64,000 nt of DNA from Synergistales bacterium (lineage in GTDB: Bacteria; Synergistota; Synergistia; Synergistales; JAFGMB01), in the NCBI GenBank assembly GCA_963666205.1, contig OY762654.1:1728001-1792000 (forward strand), written 5' to 3'. Below, in pieces: positions 20,859 to 30,783 of the stretch. The position numbers were made by a program, and so were the translations under genes. Under the pieces are notes generated by a model that searched no databases, was not told the origin of the DNA, and worked only from the letters and a program-made list of their open reading frames with translations. Each line of letters starts with the position of its first letter. Positions within the stretch are counted from its first letter, which is position 1.

Positions 20859-20937
20859 AGGGGAATGGGGCTTCTCTGATCATCCTCTTCCATTTTGAGA
20901 TGATCATGAAAGTTATTTGCAGTAATTTCAGAAATAT

Positions 20938-20967
20938 TTGACTTGTCTTGCCGGAGAATGGTATAAA
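20938..20967 (+). promoter_or_regulatory. Sigma70-type promoter of the leader/amidohydrolase operon
   Basis: TTGACT-N18-TATAAA with TG upstream of the -10. Confidence 0.6.
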
Positions 20968-20997
20968 GACTTCATCTTGTTTCTCTCAGGAGATTTT

Positions 20998-21081
20998 ATG
21001 ACAGATTTCTTTGATCTTTCTGTTGTTCTGCCCAATATATTTATTCTAAGTGTGGGACCCCCTTTGGGGACCGACGCTTAG
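20998..21081 (+). CDS. Putative 27-aa attenuation leader peptide MTDFFDLSVVLPNIFILSVGPPLGTDA
   Basis: AGGAG RBS; rich in Leu/Val/Ile/Phe; stop codon lies inside the antiterminator. Confidence 0.55.
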   Translation: MTDFFDLSVVLPNIFILSVGPPLGTDA

Positions 21082-21137
21082 TTGCGTCTGGTTTACCAAA
21101 GGCCGGGGTCCCAATAAGGGAATCCCGGCCTTTTTTT
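21053..21137 (+). terminator. Attenuator: overlapping antiterminator and intrinsic terminator
   Basis: TGGGACCC-CCTTTGG pairs with CCAAAGG-..-GGGTCCCA. The alternative is GGCCGGG..CCCGGCC followed by T7. Confidence 0.7.
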
Positions 21138-21277
21138 ATGTTTTCAATTGTTCAGCATGTAATTCTACAGGAGGTGATGCATAGAGAAAAGGGGAAGCAT
21201 TGGTACGGATCTTCAGCATCAGTGTTTAGTGCGTTATTTTGAACTTATCCTGGAGTGTAAGAACGGAGGAAAATGAT

Positions 21278-22456
21278 ATGGATTCTCTTACAGCGTTTGT
21301 TATTATCGCAGCAGTTTTTGCAGTTGGTGATTTTGTTGCATGCAAGACAAAAGCAATATGTTCCATGATTTTTGTTTCAGGGCTTGTTTTTCTTGTGGGG
21401 TTCTGGTATTTCATCCCGAAAACTCTTTTTGCTGATTCCCAGCTGATCCAGGTAGGGATACTTTCCATCCCCATCCTCCTCGTTTACATGGGGACCCTGA
21501 TGAAACTAAAGGACCTTAAGGATGAATGGAAAACGGTCCTCATAGCCTTTGGAGCTGTTGTCGCAGTGGGAATTTCCATGCTTTTTGTAGCAAGCCCCAT
21601 TATTGGAAAGCAGTTTGCAGTAGCAGGTGCGGGTCCCATCTCCGGCGGAGTTGTGGCCACTTTCATGGTCAATGAAGTTGCCACCGCAAAGGGACTTGAT
21701 GAAGTGGCAGTGTTCGCGACACTCCTGCTGGTCCTTCAGACCTTTGTGGGTCTGCCCATTGCTTCCATATGTCTTGCGAAGGAAGGGAAAAAACTTCATA
21801 GCCAGTTCAAGGCTGGAGAAGTCCTCATGGCTGATCCCTCGAAGGACGGGGCGGATCCCGACAAACCTACATGGAAGATCTTCCCGGCTACCCCGAAGCA
21901 GCTTCAGACACCATTTATTCTTATAATGAAAACAGCCCTTATCGGATTGCTTGCCTTCAAGGCCGCTGCCCTTACGGGTGGTGTTGTGAATAAATATATT
22001 CTCTGTCTTGTTTTCGGTATGCTTTTCTATGAGACAGGTTTCCTTGAACATAAGATCATGGATAAGGCCAATGCAACAGGTTTCCTTCTTTTCCCGCTTA
22101 TGGTGATAATTTTCCTGAATCTTCCCAAGGCAACCCCCGATATGGTGGCCAAACTGATAACGCCCATAGTCATAGCTTTTGCAGTTTCAGTTGTTGGAAT
22201 AGCAATATTTACATTTGTCCTGGGCAAATTCTGTAAATACTCCTGGAATCTTTCCCTTGCAATAGGGGTTACATGTATGTTCGGTTTTCCCGGCACCTTC
22301 ATAGTGGCCCAGGAAGTATGCCAGGCTGTTTCAGATACACCTGAGGAGAAGGAATTCCTTTTGAGCCGACTTCTTCCCAAGATGCTTGTCGCTGGATTTA
22401 CCACAGTTACCATAGCATCTGTGGTCCTGGCCGGTGTCCTGGTCAAGTACATCTAG
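21278..22456 (+). CDS. Multi-pass membrane protein, putative amino-acid/peptide transporter
   Basis: About 11 hydrophobic segments, GPISGGVVA and GFPGT motifs; ATG after GGAGG. Confidence 0.7.
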   Translation: MDSLTAFVIIAAVFAVGDFVACKTKAICSMIFVSGLVFLVGFWYFIPKTLFADSQLIQVGILSIPILLVYMGTLMKLKDLKDEWKTVLIAFGAVVAVGISMLFVASPIIGKQFAVAGAGPISGGVVATFMVNEVATAKGLDEVAVFATLLLVLQTFVGLPIASICLAKEGKKLHSQFKAGEVLMADPSKDGADPDKPTWKIFPATPKQLQTPFILIMKTALIGLLAFKAAALTGGVVNKYILCLVFGMLFYETGFLEHKIMDKANATGFLLFPLMVIIFLNLPKATPDMVAKLITPIVIAFAVSVVGIAIFTFVLGKFCKYSWNLSLAIGVTCMFGFPGTFIVAQEVCQAVSDTPEEKEFLLSRLLPKMLVAGFTTVTIASVVLAGVLVKYI

Positions 22457-22482
22457 ACATGACTCGAAAGGAAGATTCGAAT

Positions 22483-23676
22483 ATGTCAGGAAGGATCCTT
22501 TTCAAGGGAGCCACATTAATCGATGGAACCGGTAAGGAACCTGTCGAAAACGCGTTTCTCCTTGTGGAGGAAGACAGAATAGCGGCTACAGGAATATCTG
22601 CAGAGAATCTGGTTGGGAAATATGATGAAGTAATGGACCTCTCCGGAAAATATCTTATGCCGGGAATGATGAACTGCCATACCCATGTTGTAATGGAACC
22701 CGTTGCTGATATGCAGTCTTTTGCCAGGGATCAGACCCCCGTTACCCATGCTGCAAGGGGAGTAGCCAATCTTCAGAAACTTCTGAAGTCCGGTACCACT
22801 TTTATCAGGGATATGGGTGCACCCTACGCAGCTGACCTTGGTCTGAAAAGGTGTATGAAAGAAGGTGTTTTCAAAGGGCCTGACATGTTCTGTTCCGGGA
22901 AAATGATAACCATGACAGGTGGGCATGGCTGGATGTTCGGCAGGGAGGCCGACGGCCCCGATGATGTCAGAAAAGCAGCCAGGGAACAGCTTCGAGCCGG
23001 TGCGGATGTTATTAAAATCATGGCTACGGGGGGAGTCCTGACCCCTGGAGTGGAACCCGGTTCACCCCAGTTTACAGAGGAAGAGATACGCGCAGCGGTG
23101 GAAGAGGCTCATAAGGCCGGGAAAAAGACCGCAACCCATGCACAGGGAACAACGGGTATCAAAAACGCTATCCGTGCCGGGATCGACTCCATAGAGCATG
23201 GATGCATAATGGATGATGAAGCAATTGAAATGATGCTTGAGAGGGGCACCTGTTTTGTTCCTACTCTCGCTGCTGTTTTCCAGATAATTGATAATGGAGT
23301 GGAAGCTGGAATTCCAGAATATGCCGTCGAAAAATGCAGGAGGATCTTTGATCATCATCTTGAAAGTTTCCGCAAAGCTAGACAGGCTGGTGTTAAAATA
23401 GCCTGTGGGACAGATGCCAGTACTCCCTTTAACGGTTTCGACAAGACAGCCCTGGAACTTGTTCTGATGACCAGGGCCGGGATGGGTAACATGGAGGCCA
23501 TAGTATCTGCCACCAGGGTAAGTTCCGAACTCATAGGATGTGACAGGGAATATGGCACCCTTGAGAAGGGAAAGTTTGCCGATTTCCTCATTCTTGATAA
23601 GGATCCCCTGGCCGACATAAGTACCCTTCTGGAAGTCGGATCCGTTTACAAAAAGGGAGAATTGGTCTCCTGCTGA
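22483..23676 (+). CDS. Metal-dependent amidohydrolase (Xaa-Pro dipeptidase-like)
   Basis: PGMMNCHTH, TGGHG, IKIMATGG, HAQG, DSIEHG and GTDA motifs. Confidence 0.92.
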   Translation: MSGRILFKGATLIDGTGKEPVENAFLLVEEDRIAATGISAENLVGKYDEVMDLSGKYLMPGMMNCHTHVVMEPVADMQSFARDQTPVTHAARGVANLQKLLKSGTTFIRDMGAPYAADLGLKRCMKEGVFKGPDMFCSGKMITMTGGHGWMFGREADGPDDVRKAAREQLRAGADVIKIMATGGVLTPGVEPGSPQFTEEEIRAAVEEAHKAGKKTATHAQGTTGIKNAIRAGIDSIEHGCIMDDEAIEMMLERGTCFVPTLAAVFQIIDNGVEAGIPEYAVEKCRRIFDHHLESFRKARQAGVKIACGTDASTPFNGFDKTALELVLMTRAGMGNMEAIVSATRVSSELIGCDREYGTLEKGKFADFLILDKDPLADISTLLEVGSVYKKGELVSC

Positions 23677-23720
23677 AAATACTTCCGTTAATGGAAATGA
23701 AAGGTGGAGATTTTACAGGT

Positions 23721-24914
23721 ATGCTTAACAGAATAAAGGAACTGGGAGAACAGTTCCACCATGATGTGGTCGATCTTAGAAGGCATTTCCATGCCCACCC
23801 TGAGGTTGCCTGGAATGAAGTGGAGACAACTAAAAAGGTGGCAGAGGTACTTAAGGGACTGGGATGTGAAAATATCCGAACCGGTTTTGGCGGGACAGAA
23901 TGTGGTCTTACTGCCGAGATCACAGGTTCCAAACCGGGTCCCTGTGTTGCCCTCAGGGCAGATATGGATGCTCTCCCTCTCTCTGAAGAGAACGAGGTGT
24001 CCTATAAATCCCTGAACGTTGGAGCTATGCATGCGTGTGGACATGATTCCCATACTGCCATGCTTCTCGGTGCAGCTATGGTCCTTACCAAGATAAAGGA
24101 TGAGCTTCCCGGCAAGGTCCGCCTGATCTTCCAGCCGGCAGAGGAACATGGTCTTAACTCAGGGGCTGACAATATGGCCCGTGAGGGAGTATTGGAAGGT
24201 GTGGACGTAATATGCGGCCTTCATGTATGGTCTCCTGTAAAATCGGGAACAATAGCATACAGGGTAGGTCCCATGATGGCTTCCTGTGATGCCTGGGAAG
24301 CGGTAATAAGGGGCAAAGGTGGTCATGGGTCTGCTCCCCATATGGCTGTTGATCCCACTATAGCCGCCGCAGATATTATCTCTTCTCTCCAGACAATTGT
24401 GGGAAGGGAAGTCGATCCCATGGAAGCTGCGGTAATAAGCACGGGGAAGATGGAAGCCGGTTCTGCCTTTAACATCATTCCGGAAAGAGTAAGCCTTCTT
24501 GGTACTACCAGATCCTTTGTTCCCGAGGTTCAGGATATGGTTGAAAATAGCATAGGCCGTCTGATCCATGGGATATGTTCGGCTTTTCAGTGTACGGCAG
24601 AGTACAAGTACACCAGGTATGTTCCTTCAACTATAAACGACAGGGAAGCAACTCTTATCGTCAAGGAACTGGGAGAAGAATTCTTCGGACCGGAAAAAGT
24701 TGAAGAGGCCGCCCTTGTCATGGGAGCCGAAGACTTCAGCTATTTCCAGCGCAAGATCCCGGGGACACTGTTCTTCCTGGGGTGCGGCGATCCGGAAAAG
24801 GGGACCGATAAGCCCCATCATTCGCCCACTTTCAATGTTGATGAGGATGTCCTTTCCAGTGGTGTTGCCATGCTTGCCGGTTTTGCATGGAAATATATGA
24901 CCTCAAAAAAATAG
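23721..24914 (+). CDS. M20D family amidohydrolase (N-acyl-amino-acid amidohydrolase-like)
   Basis: HAHPE, LRADMDAL, MHACGHD, FQPAEE, GGHG and EDF motifs. Confidence 0.93.
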   Translation: MLNRIKELGEQFHHDVVDLRRHFHAHPEVAWNEVETTKKVAEVLKGLGCENIRTGFGGTECGLTAEITGSKPGPCVALRADMDALPLSEENEVSYKSLNVGAMHACGHDSHTAMLLGAAMVLTKIKDELPGKVRLIFQPAEEHGLNSGADNMAREGVLEGVDVICGLHVWSPVKSGTIAYRVGPMMASCDAWEAVIRGKGGHGSAPHMAVDPTIAAADIISSLQTIVGREVDPMEAAVISTGKMEAGSAFNIIPERVSLLGTTRSFVPEVQDMVENSIGRLIHGICSAFQCTAEYKYTRYVPSTINDREATLIVKELGEEFFGPEKVEEAALVMGAEDFSYFQRKIPGTLFFLGCGDPEKGTDKPHHSPTFNVDEDVLSSGVAMLAGFAWKYMTSKK

Positions 24915-24941
24915 TTTCTTATAGGGGAAAATAGACAATAG

Positions 24942-24992
24942 ATACCAGGGGGAGGGTCCCTTTCATCAGGAAAAGGATCCTCCTCCTGGTAT
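24942..24992. terminator. Stem-loop after the amidohydrolase operon
   Basis: ATACCAGGGGGAGG...CCTCCTCCTGGTAT. Confidence 0.6.
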
Positions 24993-25089
24993 TATCGTAG
25001 TCATAGTGTCCTTTCTTTTCAGGAAGGGAACTATAATATAAAGAGGTTATTATCGTTCGTCCATTCTGAAAGGAAAGGAAGTAGCCCTT

Positions 25090-25692
25090 TTGGAAGAGAA
25101 GGGTAGATATCTTGAAGAACTGGAAATATCCATAGGGGAATGTTTCAGATGTTCCATAGCATCATACAGAAAAAGAGTAGTCATGGGAGAAGGTCCCTTT
25201 TCCTCAGGTCTTATGATCGTAGCCCAGGCGCCAAACAGACATGAGATGGAGAGCGGAAGGATCTTCACAGGGTCTTCGGGGGCAGTCCTGGATGAACTGC
25301 TGGCAGCTGGAGGATATACCAGGCTGGATTGCTATATCACAAACCTTCTGAAGTGTCCCCTTCCTCATTGCAGAAAACCCCGCAGGGCTGAGATAGGATC
25401 ATGCCTTCCCTTCCTCCGGAAGGAAATAAAGATCCTCAGACCGAGAGTATTGATACCTCTGGGACGTTACGCGATAAAAGAAGTCCTCCGTGAATATGGA
25501 CACTCTGTTCCCCCCAGGAATAATGAAATACCATTCCTCTTCGGTCATATATTCCGAGGGGGCGGTATTTTTGTTATTCCTCTCCCGCACCCGGCTACTG
25601 TCCTCTACAGACCAGCCTTTTTTGAGCCGACCCTTAAGCTTTATGGAGAGACCCTTTTGAAGGTTACGAAAATCCTGAATTGTCTGGAATAA
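25090..25692 (+). CDS. Uracil-DNA glycosylase, family 4-like
   Basis: CxxC, ITNLLKC, LG and HPA motifs. Confidence 0.88.
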   Translation: MEEKGRYLEELEISIGECFRCSIASYRKRVVMGEGPFSSGLMIVAQAPNRHEMESGRIFTGSSGAVLDELLAAGGYTRLDCYITNLLKCPLPHCRKPRRAEIGSCLPFLRKEIKILRPRVLIPLGRYAIKEVLREYGHSVPPRNNEIPFLFGHIFRGGGIFVIPLPHPATVLYRPAFFEPTLKLYGETLLKVTKILNCLE

Positions 25693-25818
25693 AAAAGGGG
25701 ATCGGGGCCTGCCGGCCGAATTATGCAGGCCCCGGCTTTCGAGGATCTTTCCTCAAAAGTGTTTCTATCAGAAGGGGGGTAGTAAGCGATTATATAATAT
25801 CCAGGCCTTTTGACTTTT

Positions 25819-26739
25819 TCAGCCTACGATCCTGTCTTTGCCGTGGTATTTTTCCTCAAGTACATTTCGGGGAAGATATTCTTCTTCCATTTTTCTGATG
25901 TTCTCGAGGTGAACCACTTCTGTGAAATCCCTGAATGATATCAGTTTATCCAGGTACCGGTCGGAGACTCCATTTTCCCTTATCTCACTCATCACTTCGT
26001 ACATGCCCTTTGCAGCCGAATATAGGGTGGAAAGGGGAGGAACTATCCATTTATAGCCCATCTCTTCTGCTTCTGCTATGGGAATAATAGGAGTTTTACC
26101 GCCTTCGATGAGGTTAAGCATAAGGAGAGTCCCTTTAAGTTCTCTGGCTGTATTTTCTATCTGTTCCCTTGTTTCCAGGGCTTCAACAAAGATCATGTCA
26201 ACGCCTAGATCCACTGCATTTTTTGCACGTTCGAGAGCATCCTGGTAACCATTTACCGCAATGGCATCTGTCCGGTAGATGATCAGAAAATCTGGATCAA
26301 GACTAGCCCTGGCATCCATGGCGGCCCGGAGTTTCCCTTCCATCTCTTTGTAGGGGATAACCTGTTTGCCTTCCATATGGCCGCATCTCTTCGGAGCGAC
26401 CTGGTCCTCAATGAATAGTCCGGCAGCTCCTGCTGCAATGAATTCCTGTACTGTCCAGTAGGCATTGACGGCGTTTCCGAATCCGTTATCGGAATCAGCT
26501 ACAACAGGAATATTGACAGATCTTGCTATGGTCCTGACCTGGGAGACCATTTCTGTGAGGGTCAGAAGACCTATATCGGGCTGTCCCAGCATAACTGCCG
26601 CGGTGCCGTATCCCGAGTGCTGAAGGGCTTCAAATCCGACCATTTCACATATCCTGGCACTTAAACAGTCATAAACTCCCGGTGCTACGATCGCGCGGGA
26701 TTCCCTAAGCCTGTTTCTGAGCATGGTTGATTTTTTCAT
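25819..26739 (-). CDS. Isocitrate lyase/PEP mutase family lyase (PrpB/2,3-dimethylmalate lyase-like), copy B
   Basis: SGYG, DSDNGFG, IEDQVAPKRCGH. Confidence 0.9.
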   Translation of the reverse strand: MKKSTMLRNRLRESRAIVAPGVYDCLSARICEMVGFEALQHSGYGTAAVMLGQPDIGLLTLTEMVSQVRTIARSVNIPVVADSDNGFGNAVNAYWTVQEFIAAGAAGLFIEDQVAPKRCGHMEGKQVIPYKEMEGKLRAAMDARASLDPDFLIIYRTDAIAVNGYQDALERAKNAVDLGVDMIFVEALETREQIENTARELKGTLLMLNLIEGGKTPIIPIAEAEEMGYKWIVPPLSTLYSAAKGMYEVMSEIRENGVSDRYLDKLISFRDFTEVVHLENIRKMEEEYLPRNVLEEKYHGKDRIVG

Positions 26740-26777
26740 GGCTATTCCTCCAAACCTGTGAGCTCCCTTCCAGGAGA

Positions 26778-27683
26778 TCAACTATCAGCTTCTATTCCTC
26801 TTCCGGTGGAATAACGGGTCTCCATTTCACGGATAGCCTGCAGACCAATGAGTTTGTTGAAATCCTCGAAGGCTATCATCTGATCTATCATTCTTTCTGT
26901 GGACCCCGTTTCCTTAAGAGTTTTCATTACCTCTGTAACTGCCTTTGCTATTACGTAGGTGGCTGTTACAGGGAATATGGCCAGGTCGTAACCGAGCTCT
27001 TCCAGCCTCGAAACGTTAAGGAATGGAGTCCGTCCATGTTCAACCATATTGGCAATTACAGGAACATTGAAGCTGGCAGTAATAAGTTTCATTTCCTCTT
27101 CGGACTCGGGAGATTCGATAAAGATGATATCTGCGCCGGCCTCTTCGTAGGCTTTACCTCTTTTCAGGGCCTCATCGATGCCGAAGTTTGTCCTCGCATC
27201 AGTTCTTGCCATGATCAGAAGGTCTTCATCCCGCCTGGCATCACAGGCTGCCTTGATCTTTCCGGTCATTTCTTCCAGGGATATGACTTCTCTACCAAGC
27301 ATGTGGCCGCATTTTTTGGGTGCGACCTGGTCTTCAAGCTGGAGGCATGCAACGCCCGCTTTCTCATATTCCCTTACTGTCCGGGTTACGTTAACTGCAT
27401 TGCCATAACCTGTGTCGGCGTCTGCAATGACCGGGATATCTACTGCATCTGCAAGCCTTGAAGCCCTGGCGGCCATCTCCGTAAGAGTAAGAAGCCCCAC
27501 ATCAGGTTTGCCCAGCATGCTGGCAGAAGTTCCGTAACCGGTCATATAGAGAGCATTGAATCCCTCTTTTTCTATTATCCTGGCGGTGAGACCATCATGT
27601 ACTCCCGGAGCTACCAGTATCTCTTTTCGGGCAAGAAGTTCCCTCAACCTGGTCCTGGTGCTTTCTTTTTTCAAAATCTGCAT
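26778..27683 (-). CDS. Isocitrate lyase/PEP mutase family lyase, copy A
   Basis: TGYG, DADTGYG, LEDQVAPKKCGH, ARTDA. Confidence 0.9.
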   Translation of the reverse strand: MQILKKESTRTRLRELLARKEILVAPGVHDGLTARIIEKEGFNALYMTGYGTSASMLGKPDVGLLTLTEMAARASRLADAVDIPVIADADTGYGNAVNVTRTVREYEKAGVACLQLEDQVAPKKCGHMLGREVISLEEMTGKIKAACDARRDEDLLIMARTDARTNFGIDEALKRGKAYEEAGADIIFIESPESEEEMKLITASFNVPVIANMVEHGRTPFLNVSRLEELGYDLAIFPVTATYVIAKAVTEVMKTLKETGSTERMIDQMIAFEDFNKLIGLQAIREMETRYSTGRGIEADS

Positions 27684-27713
27684 CTCCTTTTTACTTCAGT
27701 TACCATTGTGTTA

Positions 27714-28994
27714 CTAATGCATTACCGATGGCAACCAGAGACTGATCTGAGGGAAGGCTATTGCCAGTATCAGCATGAAGACCATAAGTATGATAAAGGG
27801 CCATACTCCCTGGATGATGTCGGACATGTGAATATCCTTCCGGAGGCCGTTAATAACGTAAAGATTCATCCCGACAGGAGGTGTTATCAGGGCCATGGTC
27901 ATGTTTATGGTGAGGATAATGGCGTACCATATCGGGTCAATATGCAGGGCGAAGAGAATAGGTGTGACCAGGGGCATTGTAAGTAGAATTATGGATACGG
28001 TTTCCAGTATCATTCCCAGTATTACCATAAGCAGGTTCATGGCAAGGATGAACATCAGGGGCGAAAGGTTATTTTCGATGATCAGCTGGGTCAGCTTCTG
28101 TGGGATCATAAGCATGGTCATGACTTTTCCGAAGAGTATAGCCGCTGCGATAATGACAGCTATCATACAGGATGTACCCACTGATTTCAGGCAGACCTGG
28201 GGAAGTTCAGTTATCTTTATGGTCCTGTAAACAACAACGGTAATAAAAAGGCTGTACACCAGTCCGACCGCTGCTGCTTCGGTGGGAGTGAAAATGCCGC
28301 TGTAGATACCGCCGATGATAAGTACCGGAAGGAAAATACCCCAGATATTCTTCCGGGTTATCTTCAATCTTTCTGACCAGCTGGTTCTCTCCATGGGAGT
28401 AAAGCCGCCCCTGCGGCTCTTCATTACAGCGTAGACAATGAATATGGCGGTAAGAATAAGTCCGGGAACCACTCCTGCGATGAAAAGTTTTCCTACGGAT
28501 TCTTCCGTTATAGCTCCGTAAAGGATCATGGGAATGCTGGGCGGGATCAGGATACCCAGAGTGCCTCCGGCAGCAAGGAGTCCGAGGGTGAATTTCTTGT
28601 CATATCCCCTCTCGATCATTGCAGGGTAGGCTACCATCCCTATGGTTGCAGCAGTAGCTGCCCCGGAACCTGTTATAGCAGCAAAGAAGGCGCATGCAAG
28701 GATGGTTGCAATGGCAAGTCCGCCAGGAAGATGCCTGACCCAGGCATTCATTACTTCGAAAAGGTCGTCTCCAACCCGGCCGTCCAGGAGGATCTGGCTC
28801 ATGAGAATGAACAGGGGAATGGCCAGAAGGGTAAAGCTTTCCATGCCTGAGAACATGGTTGATCCGACTATCTTTGTCGGAAGATCATAAAGAAGGATCA
28901 GAACGACAGATGTTGATCCAAGGGAGAAGGCCACGGGGAGTCCCATAAAGAGAATGATCAGAAGAAGTCCGATAACCATAAGGAAACTCAGCAT
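27714..28994 (-). CDS. dctM: TRAP transporter large permease
   Basis: AIPLFIL, GTLGILIPPS, FTPTEAA and TPPVG motifs. Confidence 0.95.
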   Translation of the reverse strand: MLSFLMVIGLLLIILFMGLPVAFSLGSTSVVLILLYDLPTKIVGSTMFSGMESFTLLAIPLFILMSQILLDGRVGDDLFEVMNAWVRHLPGGLAIATILACAFFAAITGSGAATAATIGMVAYPAMIERGYDKKFTLGLLAAGGTLGILIPPSIPMILYGAITEESVGKLFIAGVVPGLILTAIFIVYAVMKSRRGGFTPMERTSWSERLKITRKNIWGIFLPVLIIGGIYSGIFTPTEAAAVGLVYSLFITVVVYRTIKITELPQVCLKSVGTSCMIAVIIAAAILFGKVMTMLMIPQKLTQLIIENNLSPLMFILAMNLLMVILGMILETVSIILLTMPLVTPILFALHIDPIWYAIILTINMTMALITPPVGMNLYVINGLRKDIHMSDIIQGVWPFIILMVFMLILAIAFPQISLWLPSVMH

Positions 28995-29509
28995 GGCTGT
29001 TCACCTTCCTTTTTTTCATGTCCGCCAAGGGTTGAAAGTTTTGTGCCTATGATAACGATGAACTGCAGGGTCAGAAGAGCAAATCCCACAAGAAGGGCAA
29101 GCTGGGGGATCCACAGGGGTACCCTGAGCGGAGTTGCAGACAGTTTGTGATACTTGAGTGTTGCTTCCAGCATATTCCAGGCCTGTAATGTTACGAAGGC
29201 TGAAAAGAGCATTCCCAGTATACTTGTAAAGAATTCAAGGAAACTCTGGGTCTTCTTTGAAAAACGGATGATCAGGAGGTCTATCCTGACATGTTTACCC
29301 ACCTGCAGGGTGTAGGCTGCGCCTGCAAGCATGGTCCAGATAAAGAGGTAAATGGATATTTCCTGGGCCCATATTGTGGGTGAGTTGAAGAAGTACCTCA
29401 CTATGACTTCATAAAAAAGGATGATCCCCATGGCCAGAATACCAAGGCCGCTGCAGTATCCAAGAAGAAGATTCACCCTTTCTACAAAACTTTTTAAAGA
29501 CGAGAGCAT
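28988..29509 (-). CDS. dctQ: TRAP transporter small permease
   Basis: RYFFNSPTIWAQE, HVRID, four TM helices. Confidence 0.93.
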   Translation of the reverse strand: MLSSLKSFVERVNLLLGYCSGLGILAMGIILFYEVIVRYFFNSPTIWAQEISIYLFIWTMLAGAAYTLQVGKHVRIDLLIIRFSKKTQSFLEFFTSILGMLFSAFVTLQAWNMLEATLKYHKLSATPLRVPLWIPQLALLVGFALLTLQFIVIIGTKLSTLGGHEKKEGEQPC

Positions 29510-29544
29510 GTCAATTCCCCATTTCAGGTTTTTCTTTAATTTAA

Positions 29545-29578
29545 GGGAAGGAGGAGGGTTTAAACCCTCCTCCTTCCC
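29545..29578. repeat. Perfect 34-bp palindrome between dctP and dctQ
   Basis: GGGAAGGAGGAGGGTTTAAACCCTCCTCCTTCCC. Confidence 0.85.
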
Positions 29579-29624
29579 CAGGTGATAGAAATATACTTAC
29601 TCTGAAAAAGTGTTTTTGTTCAGA

Positions 29625-30620
29625 TCAGTCAAGAGTTGATGCTATTTCCATCAGCTTTTTGCCTATTTCGCCCGTATTCTGGGTAAAGGCAGCTCTTACA
29701 GGCTCGGTAGCCTTTACGAAAACAGCCAGCTCTTCATCGCTGAGTGTGTAGATCTCGACACCGTAATCCTTGATAACGTTATAGGCCTTTTCTTCAGCCG
29801 CTTCAATGGAGCCGCGTATGAATTTGGATGCATCTTCACCGGCCCTGAGGAGAACGTCTCTCTCGTTGTCATTGAGGGAATCCCACCACTCAAGGTTTGA
29901 CTGGACGAAGAACTGGGCGGTTGTATAGTTGGCGATAGTCATATATTTCTGGACTTCAAAGATCTTTCTGGACACTGCTGCGGGCATACCGGTGGTAGCA
30001 CCGTCAACGGTGCCTCTCTGAAGAGCCATGTACATTTCGGAAGAGCTCATTACTGCAGGTGTACCACCAAGGGCAGTTACAGTATCTGCTGAACCCTTGC
30101 TGAAGGTCCTTATCTTGAGGCCTTCAAAGTCAGAAGGTTTGGTGAGAGGACGTTTGTTGTTATAGAATTGAACAAGTCCATAGTCAACCCAGAAAACGAT
30201 CTTTGCGCCCTTGCTCATGAATTCCTTGTCCAGAATCTCTCCAGCACCGGCCTTCACGAACTTTTCAGGAGAATTGAGATCTTTGAGGATGAAGGGCATC
30301 TCGAAGACGTCAGCTGCAGGAACCATTCCAGACCATTTATTGACGGGTACCAGGGCCATTTCGACGAGACCTTCCTGAATGGCTTCAACTATCTCGGTAT
30401 CCTTGAAAAGCTGGGCTGAGTGGAAAACCTCGACTTTCATCTCGCCCTTGGAATATTCGGCCACTTTCTCGGCGAAAACATCCATTCCCTTGGAGATGAA
30501 GTGGGATGGGGGGAGCTGATTAGAAAGCTTCCATGAGGTCACTGCCATTGCCGGCAAAGAGCAGAAGGCTACGATCATTGCAACTACAGTTGCCATTAAA
30601 ACAAATCTTCCAAGTTTCAT
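29625..30620 (-). CDS. dctP: TRAP transporter substrate-binding protein
   Basis: Signal peptide, GLKIR (carboxylate-binding Arg), EMYMALQRGTVDG. Confidence 0.94.
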   Translation of the reverse strand: MKLGRFVLMATVVAMIVAFCSLPAMAVTSWKLSNQLPPSHFISKGMDVFAEKVAEYSKGEMKVEVFHSAQLFKDTEIVEAIQEGLVEMALVPVNKWSGMVPAADVFEMPFILKDLNSPEKFVKAGAGEILDKEFMSKGAKIVFWVDYGLVQFYNNKRPLTKPSDFEGLKIRTFSKGSADTVTALGGTPAVMSSSEMYMALQRGTVDGATTGMPAAVSRKIFEVQKYMTIANYTTAQFFVQSNLEWWDSLNDNERDVLLRAGEDASKFIRGSIEAAEEKAYNVIKDYGVEIYTLSDEELAVFVKATEPVRAAFTQNTGEIGKKLMEIASTLD

Positions 30621-30747
30621 TCTTTTTACACCTCCATGAATTTTGTTCTTTCTTGAAAAATGTTGCCTTTATACTTTTAAAACCCTGATGGTTTCTTTTT
30701 AAGGAAACACCTCCATTCGTCAAAAAATGCCCCGTTATTTATTATTG

Positions 30748-30760
30748 GTCGACAGTCGAC
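30748..30760. promoter_or_regulatory. Putative GntR operator upstream of dctP
   Basis: GTCGACAGTCGAC; identical copy at 31502. Confidence 0.65.
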
Positions 30761-30783
30761 TCTGTTTATGTTTATAAAAAGAA

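Noticed and set aside
21000-21140. T-box riboswitch
   Set aside because: No T-box bulge consensus (TGGNACC) or specifier-loop motifs; the leader-peptide model fits better.
26727-27461. 244-aa + strand ORF
   Set aside because: Antisense to the ICL/PEP-mutase gene.
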